Assembly: GCF_006345805.1 (NCBI RefSeq) | Contig: NC_043007.1 | Location: 37,944,001 to 38,008,000 of the forward strand | DNA length: 64,000 nt | Origin: Octopus sinensis | Taxonomy: Eukaryota | Direction of reading: 5' to 3' | Part shown: piece after piece, positions 13,325 to 26,667 of the stretch | Position numbering within the stretch: position 1 is the first letter of the stretch | Layout: each line of letters begins with the position of its first letter | The notes under the pieces: model-generated | The model's input: only the letters and a program-made list of their open reading frames with translations | Databases searched by the model: none | What the model was told of the DNA's origin: nothing | Made by a program: the position numbers and the translations under genes

Positions 13325-13647
13325 CCCCTTCGGTCACGACAATGACCATGGGATTGAACCTAGAAAGTTACCCGCCCAAGCACAAGTCCGGGCAAGGTTG
13401 TTTATAGAAGACCAGCAGTCGCCCATGCATCCCAGCTTCCTCTCTCCACTCCTTCAGTGTTATCCAAGGGAAAGGCAAAGGCCGATACAGCTTGTTACCC
13501 GTGATATCGCAACTCATTTCTACAGCTGAGTGAACTGGAGCAACGTGAAATAAAGTGTCTTGCTCAAGAACACAACACACAACCTGGTCCAGGATTCGAA
13601 CTCACAACCTCACGATTGTAAGCTCAACACTCTAACCACTGAGCCAT
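13325..13647 (-). mobile_element. tRNA-derived SINE family D
   Basis: Head TGGCTCAGTGGTTAGAG..GGTTGTGAGTTCGAATCC (A and B boxes) and body CTTGAGCAAGACACTT. Partial copies at 14800-15040(+) and 34150-34381(-). Confidence 0.85.
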
Positions 13648-14092
13648 AATATATATATTATGTGGTAAGGTTTCAACAAGTAGAAAAGCACTCAATCAAC
13701 TAAGAGAGTAAAAATAATGTTATATATCTTCTGTCTTCTACTCATTTCACTCCTTGGACTGCAGCTACGCTGGGGCGCTGCCTTGAAGTGTTTAGTTGAA
13801 CAAATTGAACCTAGTACTTAATTTAATTAAGCCTGGTACTTCTTTTGGTCTCTTTGCCAAACTGCTAAGTGACAGGGACATAAACGAACCAACACCATCA
13901 CTTAGCAGTGGGAGGAGACAAACACAAACACACAATGGGCTTATTTCAGCTTCCACCTACCAAATCCACTCACGTGGCTTTAGTTGGCCAGGGGCTATAG
14001 CAGAAGACACTTGTCCAAGATACCACCCAGTGGGATTGAATCTGAGGACACATGGTTGGTAGGCAAGGTTCTCAACCATATAACCATGCTAA

Positions 14093-14123
<31 letters not shown>

Positions 14124-14464
14124 AACAATATTGCTCAAAAGATTTTGTAATTTTGTTGAAATATATAAGCTAAAAAAGTTTATGATGATGATGACGAAGA
14201 TGATGACGACAATAGCAACAACAGTAACAAGGATAATCCAAGTGGTTAAGTATATGCAGTAACAAATTAAATTCTGTCGTATTTTGGTATATATGTCTAT
14301 CTTCTGAGATCAAACCCTGCCAGGGTTTCTGACTTTGTCTTTAATAATTCCAGAATTAATAAAATATTCAGTATTGGGGACTCCCTCTGTTGGTGTGGTA
14401 CCACTTCAAGAACTACAAAGAATGACACCATCAACTTGTCTGTAGGTATACGCAAGACTCATTT

Positions 14465-14466
14465 AT

Positions 14467-14508
<42 letters not shown>

Positions 14509-14797
14509 ATATATATATGATATATATATATATATATATGTCATATATATATGATATATATATATATATATATATATATATGACATATATATATATGACA
14601 TATATATATATATGACATATATATATGTATGACATATATATATGACATATATATATATGACATATATATGACATATATATATATATGATATATATATATG
14701 ACATATATATATATGACATATATATATATATGACATATATATGACATATATATATGACATATATATATGACATATATATATATATATGGCATATATA
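14465..14797. repeat. (TA)n array punctuated by GAC/GAT, i.e. a (TA)nTGACA higher-order unit
   Basis: Directly visible. Confidence 0.9.
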
Positions 14798-15206
14798 AGC
14801 TTGACACTTTATTTCACATTGCTCCAGTTCACTCAGCTGTAGAAACGAGTTGCGACATCAATGGTGCCCATCTGTATCAGCCTTTGTCTTTCCCTTGGAT
14901 AACATCGGTGGCATGGAGAGGGGAGGCTGGTATGCATGGGAGACTGCTGGTCTTCCATAAACAACCTTGCCCGCACTTGTGCCTTGGAGGGTAAGTTTCT
15001 AGGTCCAATCCCATGGTCATTCAGGACCTAAGGAGGTCTTCAATATATATATATGATATATATATGGTTTGAAATCTATGCCCTTGGTAACTCTGGATAT
15101 CTAACACCTTGGGCTCCTGATACCGAGAAATTCTTCCCACACACCAACACTCATTACTTCTATAAACCTTAAGGATTTTATATATATATATATATATATA
15201 CACATA

Positions 15207-15270
<64 letters not shown>

Positions 15271-16025
15271 CAAGGACCTTGCCATATCTGAAAGATAGTG
15301 CATACAATACAACAAAACTCTACAGAGTTTGAACACAGATCTCCACATCATAAGTTAGCCCTAGGGTATGGAAAAATTTTCACAAAAACTGAAAACAAAA
15401 AAATACATAGAAAAATATGAGGAGAATAAGTTATTAGAAAATTATATTACATCATGCACACACACACACACACATATATATGATCATGATATATATAACC
15501 CGTTTTTCAAAATTTTAAATTTTTTAGTTACCATCCTCTCATGTTTTTCTATAGCTAAGCTGACATTTAGATGACACAAACACGTCATCATCTTTGGGGG
15601 AAGAGTGAGTAGGATGAGTGTTAACTTACCTAGTAAGAGTTAAAGTAGGCAGTAGTATCTGGTTAGCTCAGAAATAATGAGAGATAAATGGTATGGTGGT
15701 TTGTAGAGGGGAATCTGCCTTCTACCAGTAAAAAGAAATGAAAATTTATCCCCACTAGAGACAAAGGGTTTGAAACCTCTGCCCTTGGTAACTCTGGATA
15801 TCCAACACCATGGGCTCTTGATAATGAGAAACTCTTCCCACACACCAATACTCATTATTTCTATAAACCTTCTGGTGACAAGCTGGCAAAATTGTTAGCA
15901 TGCTGCAGAAAATGCTTAGTGGCATTTCATGTTTTTAAGTCCTGCATTCAAATTCTGCTGAGGTCAATTTCACCTTTCATCTTTTCATTATTTCATTCAA
16001 TGAAATAAATGCCAGTTGATCACTT

Positions 16026-16330
16026 TTGTTTGTTCCTTCTCGAGCCATGTCTGGCTCATAAGGGCCGGTTTCCCGGATTCCTTGGCATATAGGTTCCCCA
16101 CCTGGACGGGACGCCGGTCCGTCGCAGGTGAGCTGCAAGATGCAGGAGGAAAGAGTGAGAGAAAGTTGTGGCGAAAGAGTCAGCAGAAGTTTGCCATTAC
16201 CTTCTGTCGGAGCTGCATGGAACATAGGTGTTTCACTCATAAACACACATATCGCCCGGTCTGAGATTCGAACCCGCGATCTCTCAACCACGGGTCTGCT
16301 GCTCTAACCACTAGGCCATGTGCCTCCACT
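16026..16330 (-). mobile_element. tRNA-derived SINE, family A-related
   Basis: Head GGAGGCACATGGCCTAGTGGTTAGAGC..GGTTCGAATC. Second copy at 34822-35112. Confidence 0.85.
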
Positions 16331-16975
16331 TGTTGATCACTGGAGTGATGTAATTGACTAGCACCTGCTCCTTCTATATTTCAGGCCTTGTGCCTATCGT
16401 AGAAAGGATTATTTCTATAAACTTTGACTGACAAACCTCCCTTTCCCAAAGTGTATAAAATTTATTTTCCTCAGACTCAGCATAAAGTTAAATAAATGGT
16501 TTCAATTAGACATGCACATGAGAGGGTGCAATGGAGGAAAGAAAATGGCCCATCAAATTTAACCACATTATCAACATGCTTCCCAAGGGCATCCTAGTCT
16601 TCTTTTTAATATATTCCCTACTTTATTTTTTCATCCAAAATCCCATTTCAAAATATATTATCTAAACTCAAATTCCAACCTCAGCTGCAATACTTTTAAA
16701 CCTCCACTCCTTGTCCTGTGCTTGTCGGGTTCAAGCAAAAATACTGTTAATGCATCTGCATTTTTTTCTAATAATCCACTCCTTTTACAGGCAAAACTTT
16801 GCATAAGCAAAAAAAAATTATTATTACTGAGACAAAGCACAAAACAAAGCCATATCTACAGGCCCAAAATTTAACTCCACCTCATCCCCAATAATGAGAA
16901 GCATTAAAATTAAGGCATGCAACTACTTTTTCTTTTTTCATTCAAAAATGTTGATATTTAATTCATTTAACCCTT

Positions 16976-17175
16976 AAATTGGTGAGGCGAAGTACAAAGG
17001 AACCTTCTTCAAAATGGCCAGCAGAATAAATTGGTGAGGCGAAATTCAAAGGAACGTTCTTCAAAATGGCCAGCAGAATAAATTGGTGAGGCCAAATTCA
17101 AAGGAACCGTCTTCAAAATGGCCAGCAGAATAAATTGGTGAGGCAAAGTTCAAAGGAAGTTACTCTTAAATGGCA
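16976..17175. repeat. 52-bp minisatellite, ~3.8 copies
   Basis: GGTGAGG recurs at 16981, 17033, 17085 and 17137. Confidence 0.95.
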
Positions 17176-17245
17176 AGAAAGGGTTGCATGAATGTATAAG
17201 CCAAATGGATAGAAAACAAAAAGGACAATCAGTATTTCTTTAGAG

Positions 17246-17543
17246 CATAGGTTCTCAAAGTGGACGCAACTGCCCCTGGTGGGCATTGAGACAGTCCAGG
17301 TGAGCGCTGGTGCTGGAGTGGGTAGAGAAAAAGGTGTTGGGAGGAAGACAGTGGATTGGGGGATGCAATGAATTTATTATATTATTATAGTGTTGTATAC
17401 AAATTATATACTATATTAAATATCAAATGATTCATAATATATATAAATTAATAAAATATATTTATTTATACATAAAAATAGGAGTGAGGGCGCTGAGGGT
17501 ATTATGTGGCCATGGGGGGGGGCAAAAAGTTTGAGAACCTCTA
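17246..17543. mobile_element. hAT (Charlie-like) MITE
   Basis: TIR-like ends cataggttctcaaa ... tttgagaacctcta. Confidence 0.6.
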
Positions 17544-17546
17544 CTT

Positions 17547-19153
17547 TTCTTGTTCTGTACTATACCAGATGTAATGACTTGTCCTGTACTTTTCCAGGTT
17601 TATAATCTTAAGAATATTTCTCTTGCTCGCATTTTTCCATGTAGTCCATGTTTTTTCCAGGCTATGCTTTTATGTTAATTAATAATGTGTCAAATGTGTC
17701 GATTTAGAGTAATTGAAATATTGACATTTTTGAAGAGGACTGGTTCCTAGCTACATTTTGGCATTAAAAAATTGAGATTTGGTCCAATAGAAAAAAAGTT
17801 TACATCAAAATTTGTAGCAACATTACAGGAGAGTAAGTAACACCACCAATCAAGTTTAGATCTAAATAATTTTTTTTATTTTAAAAGTAAAATATATTTA
17901 TTTTAGCCTAAATGATAAAAGAACGTATGAGGAATTTCATAGTTTTTGTCCCATGCAACAAAAATGTGTATGAAAAAAGTTGTAAGGTAAAATATCATGA
18001 AAAAAAAATATAAGGCAAAAAATTGGATCTAAGTATAATATAAACAAACAATATTTTAATTAAGTTGAAATGATAGAGCTCAGTTCAAGGAGTTTCATGG
18101 TATCAATCTCATGCAATTAAGTTTTAAAAGAAAAAGTTGAGCGTTTGATTCTAAAATTTGAGGGTGATAATAAGGGGACTTTTAATATGTCACCAGCATC
18201 ATTGGGGTAAGGAAAAAATTATCAACAACACCGCTAATCAACACATTTGACACATTATTAATTAACATAAAAGCATAGCCTGGAAAAAACATGGACTACA
18301 TGGAAAAATGCGAGCAAGAGAAATATTCTTTAGATTATAAACCTGGAAAAGTACAGGACAAGTTATTACATCTGGTAAAGTACAGAACAAGAAAATTTTT
18401 ACTTAAAATATTGCAGTTAAGGATAAAATTTGAATATCAAAAATTATTTGATTTTAATTTACAAAGTAACATTATAATTAAAAATAGTACCATCATTTTG
18501 TTAAAATATTGACACACTAGAATACTTAAAAAATGAGAGCCAGAAGTACCAATATGGTTAAAGTTTTATGCAAAGTAGAATGGTATATATGGTAGGTAAA
18601 TTCATTATGTAAAATATAGGCATTGGGTCAAGACTAAAAATGTGAAGACTTGGCAATAACTTAGGCATTAACTCAAGCCATTTTTTACTGTGAATTTGTT
18701 GTTATATAGGTAGATTTTACTGTAATATATAGCTAATTTTTGTATTATTCTATTTATTGTACTAACTAATTATGTACTACTATTATTTTTTATAACCTAC
18801 TTTCAAATTTTTAATTATTAATTAATAATTTAAAAAATGAATCTTTTTAAAGTGCAAAAGATATTTGAACTGAGTTATTTTTTATTTGTAACAAGAAGTA
18901 ACAAGTAATAACAAATACAAGTAATAACTTATAATTAGATTTTTAGTTTTAATAAAAGATAATATTTTCTAGATCTAAATATTTTATTTTAAATTTTATC
19001 CTTAGCCGCAATATCTTAAGTAAAAAATTTCTTGTTCTGTACTTTAACAATGTAATAACTTGTCTTGAACTTTTCCGCGTGTAATAACTTGTCCTGTACT
19101 ATTCCAGGTTTATAATCTAAAGAATTTTATTTCTCTTGCTTGCATTTTTCCAC
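17547..19153. repeat. Three alternately oriented copies of a ~150-190 bp unit (foldback-like)
   Basis: 17547-17699 is the reverse complement of 18241-18394, and ~18295-18430 is the reverse complement of ~18992-19153. Confidence 0.85.
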
Positions 19154-19156
19154 GCA

Positions 19157-19194
<38 letters not shown>

Positions 19195-19406
19195 CAAAAA
19201 TGGGACAAGAACACAAAACATCCAGTTAGATGATACAAAAAAGGGGCAACAAAACATCCAGACAGACGATACAAAGAAAACAAGGACGGGTCATTTGGAG
19301 TTTTCTATCCTCAGTCGAGTTCCATATTATCTTTGCAATTTCGGCTGCACACACACACATACACATCCATATTTACATACATGCATGTACTACACATATA
19401 CATTAA

Positions 19407-19455
<49 letters not shown>

Positions 19456-20809
19456 CATACAATATATAGATTTCACACCTCTTTTTACACCTACGGGCAC
19501 TACACTAACACACACTACCCTATCCTCACGCTTGCTTTCAGACACAGATTCACTCTTATACTTTCATATACACAATTGCCTCTTCCTTCCTTCTTAACTA
19601 CTCTTTAATAGAACTTCATTTCTGCTTGGTTTCTAACCCTTCATCTTTTTACCTGTTTCAGTCATTAGACTGCATCTATGCTGGGGCACTGCCTTGAAGA
19701 ATTTTTAGTCAAATGAATCGATCCCAGTAATTATTTCTTTTTAAACCTGGTACTTATTCTATTGACTTCTTTTGTGAAACCGCAAAGTTACAGGGACGTA
19801 AACACACCAACACCAACTGTCAAGTGGTGGTGACACTCTATATATATATTATTTATATCTAAATTTTATTTTATTTATATTTTTAAATTACATATCTTTT
19901 ACTTTTTTTATATTTTTTCTTTTATATTTTTACTGGTTTCAGTTATTTGATTGTGGCCATGCTGGAGCACTGCCTTTAGTCGAACAAATCGACTCCATGA
20001 CTTATTCTTTGTAAGACTAGTACTTATTCTATTAGTCACTTTTTGCTGAATAGCTAAGTTATGGGAACGTAAACACACCAACATTGGTCATCAAGCAATG
20101 GTGGGGGGACAAATACAGACACAAATATATATATATATATATATAACCTATAAAACATACAACATGCTTCTTTCAGTTTCCGTCTACCAAATCCACTCAC
20201 AAGACTTTGGTCAGCCCGAGGCTATAGCAGTAGACATTTGCCCAAGGTGCTATGCAGAGGGACTGAACCCAGAACCATGTGGTTGGGAAGCAAGCTATTT
20301 ACCACACAGCCATGCCTATATATATATATATATATATATGTTAATAAAATAGAACATATGCATATATATAAACATATATGTACGTACCTACCTCTACATG
20401 TACATATACACGCATATATATATATATATAAAATATTTATACTTAAATCATATTTATATTTTTAAACCATGTCTGGCTTAGGAAAAATATTACCTTGTTT
20501 GGAAACATGTGAGGGTTAGTGACAGGTAAGGTGTCTGACTATAGAAAATCCACTTCAACAAATTTCATCTGACCCATGAAACCATGAAAAAGAGGCCATT
20601 ACATCATGAGGGTAATGACAATTTTCTAATGTTAAATATGTTCAACAGGTTATCATGGTTAAACTTATTCAAGCATAGAGTTACAAACCCTCTTTACTGG
20701 GTCAAGGACCACATCTCTGCTTATTTATTCCATATATAGAATATATACAATGTTTCATTTCATAATGTGTGTGTGTGTGTGTATATATGTTTATACACAC
20801 ACATATATA

Positions 20810-20894
<85 letters not shown>

Positions 20895-21210
20895 CATTAT
20901 GAAAAAGAAACATTTTACAAGATACATCCAAAGTTAAAATTTATTTTTGAAGCGATTTAGTATATGTATTCACAGGAACATAGTAATTCATCTACTAAAC
21001 ACACACACACACACACAAACAGAGTTTGTTTTCCTTCATTATTTACAGGTGAGTGAGTGTGGAATTTGTTTTCTTTTGTTGAGTAAAGTGTTACTATGAA
21101 GCTTAGCTACCAACTATCCTTTACACAATACCACCACTACCCCCCACCAAAAATTCCTATGCCACAAGTAGTTGTTTTCTTTTCCCCTTTAAATTTGACA
21201 CACATATACA

Positions 21211-21253
<43 letters not shown>

Positions 21254-21649
21254 TGTTTGCCTGACAGAGATGTATTATACAGACTCAAATAGTATTTAGA
21301 AATGAAGTTGTAGTCAGTTACATTAGATCTCCTTGTTATATCTTTATAAAAAAGATTTGTATATCAACACATATCTGCATGTAAATTTTTGTGTGAATGC
21401 ATGAATTCTTCCTCTTTGTATCTGAAATCTTCCTATTAAGAAGGAACTGCCTTTTAACATAAAAAAAAGCCCTATTACTGGAATTCAGAATAACAATAGC
21501 AACAAGACTTGTTTTTTTGTTTTTTTTATGAGGTGGGGGTACTAACAGGTTAATATTTACAGAGTATGAACTAGCAGGTCACACTTTCTTTGCATGGAAA
21601 CACTAGTTTTTTGAGATTGTTACTAAACATTTACTAACATATCCCAGTG

Positions 21650-22575
21650 CAGTGGCTCTCAACTGGGGTCCATATAAGATTTTGTTGTTAAAATTTATGT
21701 GCAATAAATTGCTTATACTTGTACACTTCACAAAATATTTTAACAACTTTTTTTTTAATAGAATGACTAATAATACTTCTTCAATTTTGTATCTGGTTTG
21801 CAAGATTCTTTATGTGAATTTGTGTGTTGAAACAAATTTTGTTTTGTCTAGGGACAATTGAACCAGTGTGTGTGTGTGTTAATTATATTGGCATAATGAC
21901 TGCCTGCCTGTGACGGTATTCACCCAGGGTGGGTTGAGCCGGCTTCTTCTCTGGTCCTGACGGCATCACAAACCATGGCGGCCCACGCCCGACAGTCATG
22001 TGCAAGGTCACTGGAGACAGCGAGCCATTCACAGTTCCATCTGCGCAGGCCGACCACCTGCGGACCTGAAAGTTCGGAGAGGTCCTCCTTTATCGTTGTT
22101 GCCCAGGTCTTCAGCTGCCCACCCGTGCATTTGCGCCAGCTGGGAAGTGGAGGTGGAAGGAGGACATCGCAAATCAGTTCACCCTCTGGATGCCGGGCCG
22201 CATGACCAAACCACCTTAAGCGCCGTTGTAGAAGCACCGAAGAGAGGGGCCGGAGATTCAGGCCATGATGAAGACTGGCTGTAGGAACCTGATCAATGCA
22301 TCAGCAGCGAAGAATGTGGCGGAGACAGTCATTGTCGAACACCTCCAGCCTTCACTGATCGACTACCCTCATAGGCCATGTTTCACAACCATAGAGTCAT
22401 TATGGTTGTGAAACATGGTTGTGAAACATAATGACTCTACCTAGACAGAAGAAAATAATACTTCATTATAAAAATATAAGAGGGCTTTTTTTAAAGATCA
22501 AATGGCTCTGAGGATCCACTCAAGTAAAATAAGAATCAAAGGGGTCCACAAATGAAAACTGATTGAGAACCACTG
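21650..22575. mobile_element. hAT-like MITE hosting an RTE insertion
   Basis: TIRs CAGTGGCTCTCAA / TTGAGAACCACTG. Confidence 0.7.
21898..22400 (-). mobile_element. RTE-clade LINE 3' fragment
   Basis: LYGCETW..RLEVFDNDCLR..RRLRWFGHAAR..GGQLKTW..KEDL motifs. Confidence 0.9.
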
Positions 22576-23376
22576 ACCTAATGCATCAATAAGATGAACT
22601 TATAATCTGAGTGGAGAAGCTGTAGGCTTCAAAGCAATTAAACGATGATGATAATGATTCGCTTTCTTAATGATTTTTGAAAGAAATGTTCAGAGGCACA
22701 GGTATTGCTGGGTGCTTAAGAAGCTCACTTTGCAACCAGATGGTTTTGGGTTCAGTTCCACTGTGCAGCATGTCAGGCAAGTGATTTCCACTATAGTCTT
22801 GGGCCGACCAACGCCTTGAGTGAATTTTGTAGAAGGGAAACAGTATTAAAATCCAGTGTGTGTGTGTGGTATGTATGTCTGTATTTGTCCACTCCTTTCA
22901 CACAGCTGGACAACCACTGTTGGTTTGTTTATTTCTGTGTTGCTTTACAGTTTTGCAAAAGAAATCGACAGAAAAAGTACCAGACTTTTAAGTACTATGT
23001 TTGATTTATTCAGCTAAAACCTTGAAGGTAGTACTCCAGCATGGCCACAGTACAATGACTGAAAAAGGGTAAAATTAAATGATAATCATAAGGGCAGCCG
23101 ATCACTAAAACTGAACATAATTCTTTTTTCAGTCCCAAACAACTATATGAAGCCTTTTATTATTAAAAAACTTTTAATGAGAATATTCTTTGAGTTGAAT
23201 TATATTCCCTTTAGGAAAGGCCTCTCAGCAAAGTCTTTCCTACACTTGACATTGTATACTGTCTTAGCAGCAACATCATGCCATATTAGAAATTGTCACT
23301 TTAATGACAATTTTGGGTAGCTACAGATTTTTTTCTTTTTCTTTTTTCTCTTTTCTTTTGATTGCCTCTTAGTGGT

Positions 23377-23605
23377 TTAACACTTTAGCCTTCACATTAT
23401 TCTATCTTAAGTAATGCTTATTTATTCACATTGTATTGAATTAATCCTGCATTATTTTGTAGGTCTGAGATTTTGGTGATGTGATTGTTTATTTTTAGAA
23501 TGACTTTATAGGGTTGATGTGAGAGGCTGAATCTGGCAAGTTTAAACATAAAACAGATACAAATATTTTGGTCCAATATAGCTGGTTTAGAGACTAAAGG
23601 GTTGA
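23377..23605. mobile_element. TTAA-flanked MITE, second family
   Basis: TTAA-CACTTTAG...CTAAAGGG-TTGA. Related copies at 27531-27745 and 37030-37260 (the latter inverted). Confidence 0.7.
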
Positions 23606-23748
23606 GAGATTTTCTATCTCTTTTGTTAATTAGAAATTGTGCAGCTTGTTCCTATTCTTGGATTGCAAAGCATAACCTCTGAAATAAGGGGCTATTTGGC
23701 TTCAGAAATTTTCTCTCATGTCAGCAGAATGATAAAAATGCACCTCAC

Positions 23749-23970
23749 TGAACCCTTTCGTTACCGAATTTATTTTGAGATGCTCTGTGTTTCTTTCAAT
23801 TACTTTAAATATAACAAAGAATTTAGTAAAATAACTTAGTTATCATTAAGCTAGTATTAGGAACATAAATTGTGACTAAGGTTTGGTGGAAGATCTTAAT
23901 TCAAAACTTATGAAAACAAGACATTTGTACTCAGAGGCAGTTTCAGCCGGGTTGGTAAGGAAAGGGTTAA
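23749..23970. mobile_element. TTAA-flanked piggyBac-like MITE
   Basis: Same family as 6824-7052; CCCTTT...AAAGGG-TTAA. Confidence 0.75.
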
Positions 23971-24308
23971 ACTGTAAAGCAGTTGATGATAGGAAAGTTA
24001 GCCAGCTGTATAAAAAAAATAAGCCATGTCAAAATTATGACATACAAGGAAAAAAAAAAGGTTTTCAGTTTTAATGCATGAGCCTCATGATAAAGGACCA
24101 TGTGTGATGAAACACTGAGACCCTTATAACTCATACTAGCATGATGAAACAGATGCAAGAAAATGATAATGATGACGATGCATGTGTGTGTGTGTGTATG
24201 TGTGTGTGTCATATAGTAAATGCTTCCTACATATATGCAGTATATACTGGTGTCACAAGCTATTGTTGCTTGTAAAATGTTATGTATGTGTGTATATATA
24301 CACACATA

Positions 24309-24473
24309 GACGCAGGAGTGGCTGTGTGGTAAGTAGCTTGCTAACCAACCACATGGTTCCGGGTTCAGTCCCACTGCATGGCATCTTGGGCAAGTGTCTT
24401 CTGCTATAACCCCAGGCCGACCAATGCCTTGTGAGTGGATTTGGTAGACGGAAACTGAAAGAAGCCTGTCGTA

Positions 24474-24540
<67 letters not shown>

Positions 24541-24750
24541 ATGTTTGTGTGTCTGTGTTTGTCCCCCTAGCATTGCTTGACAACCGATGCTGGTGTGTTT
24601 ACGTCCCCGTCACTTAGCGGTTCAGCAAAAAGAGACTGATAGAATAAGTACTGGGCTTACAAAGAATATGTCCCAGGGTCGATTTGCTCGACTAAAGGCG
24701 GTGCTCCAGCATGGCTGCAGTCAAATGACTGAAAAAAGTAAAAGATAAAA
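24309..24750 (+). mobile_element. SINE family B, full length and young
   Basis: Intact head, internal (TA)n(TG)n, and a 3' CAGTC-AAAT-GACTG stem-loop at 24718-24731. Confidence 0.9.
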
Positions 24751-24761
24751 GAAAGAAAATA

Positions 24762-24948
24762 TCATCATCATCGTTTAACGTCCACTTTCCATGCTAGCAT
24801 GGGTTGGACGATTTTGACTGAGGGCTGGCGAACCAGATGGCTGCACCAGGCTCCAATCTTGATTTGGCAGAGTTTCTACAGCTGGATGCCCTTCCTAATG
24901 CCAACCACTCAAAGAGTGTAGTGGGTGCTTTTTACGTGCCACCGGCAC
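24762..24948 (-). mobile_element. RTE 3'-UTR-derived short element with (ATG)n tail
   Basis: Shares GGTTGGCATTAGGAAGGGCATCCAG..CCAACCCATGC..GTTAAA with the RTE 3' ends at 6300-6546 and 34490-34724. Confidence 0.8.
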
Positions 24949-25091
24949 GGAGTATATATATATATACATATATATACATACACACACACACACATATATA
25001 TATATACATATATATATACATACATACACATATACATACATACATAAATATATATACATACATACTTATATATATCTTTAACTAGTTTCAG

Positions 25092-25130
<39 letters not shown>

Positions 25131-25621
25131 GTAAATTCTATTTGCATCTGTATGCATGCATATGCATTACTTTACTCTAAATGGATAAATTAATACATCA
25201 TAAACATATCACAACAACTATGTAAGGTATTTGACGATATTTAACTTATTTGTTTATAAACTGGGCTGGTCCAACAGCTGTCCGGTACACACATGCACAG
25301 ATACAGGATTAGTGACAGAAAAAAAAAGACTACATATGTGTAAGTGTGTATTATGTTCTAACTCATGTAAAGCATGTGTGTAATGAACACAAATATAGCT
25401 ATATGTGGGCGTGTGTATGTACATCAACTAAATGTTGTTCTGATAGCACGACAGACTGTGTGAAAAAAATGTACAAAAACTGACGAAATCTACAAGTGAT
25501 ACATCAGAGATTTATTCCATATCAATCACACTTTTGTTTTTTTTTTCTTTTTAGATCTCAAATTAGTGTTCAATTAGGAATAACATTTATCATCCTTTTA
25601 TACATATATATACACCTGTGC

Positions 25622-25655
<34 letters not shown>

Positions 25656-25701
25656 GTGCACACACACACACACATGTGCACACACACACACACACATATA
25701 T

Positions 25702-26522
25702 ATAGTGTAATAAATAAAATATATGCATACATACAAACATATATGTACGTACCGACATCTACATGTATATATACATGCATATATAAATATATATACGTAC
25801 AGGACACCACAAGAAGACGTAAAAATCAACAGAAACGAAAACGGAAAAGCCATTTTGTTACAAAAGAAGGACAGAGACGTGGAACAAGACGAAAACGAAA
25901 TGGGAAAAACAATTATGTACAGCAGAAAAACGAAGTACAGGACATGCTGCACAAGGAAAAATCCCCTTCATCAGCTGTCGCTAGCAGACATAGCGTGTTT
26001 CGAAGGCAAGACAGAACACGTCTGGTCATGCTAGGCCTTCCTACGAGAGAATTAAAATAAAATACCCTCATAGAGGGGTAAAACGAGCAATTGTGCAGTT
26101 CTTTGTTACGTCCCTTTTTGTGTTACATTTTTTTGCTCGTTTTACCCCTCTACGAGGTTATCTTATTTTAATTCTCTCATAGGAAGGCCTAGCATGACCA
26201 AACGTGTTCTGTCTTGCCTTCGAAACACGCTATGTCTGCTAGCGACAGCTGATGAAGGGGATTTTTCCTTGTGCAGCATGTCCTGTACTTCGTTTTTCTG
26301 CTGTACATAATTGTTTTTCCCGTTTTCGTTTTCGTCTTGTTCCACGTCTCTGTCCTTCTGTTGTAACAAAATGGCTTTTCCGTTTTCGTTTCTGTTGATT
26401 TTTACGTCTTCTTGTGGTGTCCTGTACGTATATATATTTATATATGCATGTATATATACATGTAGATGTCGGTACGTACATATATGTTTGTATGTATGCA
26501 TATATTTTATTTATTACACTAT
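25702..26522. repeat. Near-perfect ~390-bp inverted repeat with a ~42-nt spacer
   Basis: 25702-26090 versus 26133-26522. The mirror ORFs in the track (25723+ and 26501-) confirm near identity. Confidence 0.95.
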
Positions 26523-26611
26523 TGTCTGACAGCGCTTCGCGTCGGGTTCGTTTGAATTTTCGATTTTTCGAATTCTCATTTCGTTCCGTCTCTTTCTCCC
26601 AGCTTGTTTTA

Positions 26612-26667
<56 letters not shown>

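Noticed and set aside
16976-17175. Possible CRISPR array
   Set aside because: Head-to-tail 52-bp units with no unique spacers, no cas genes, eukaryotic context.
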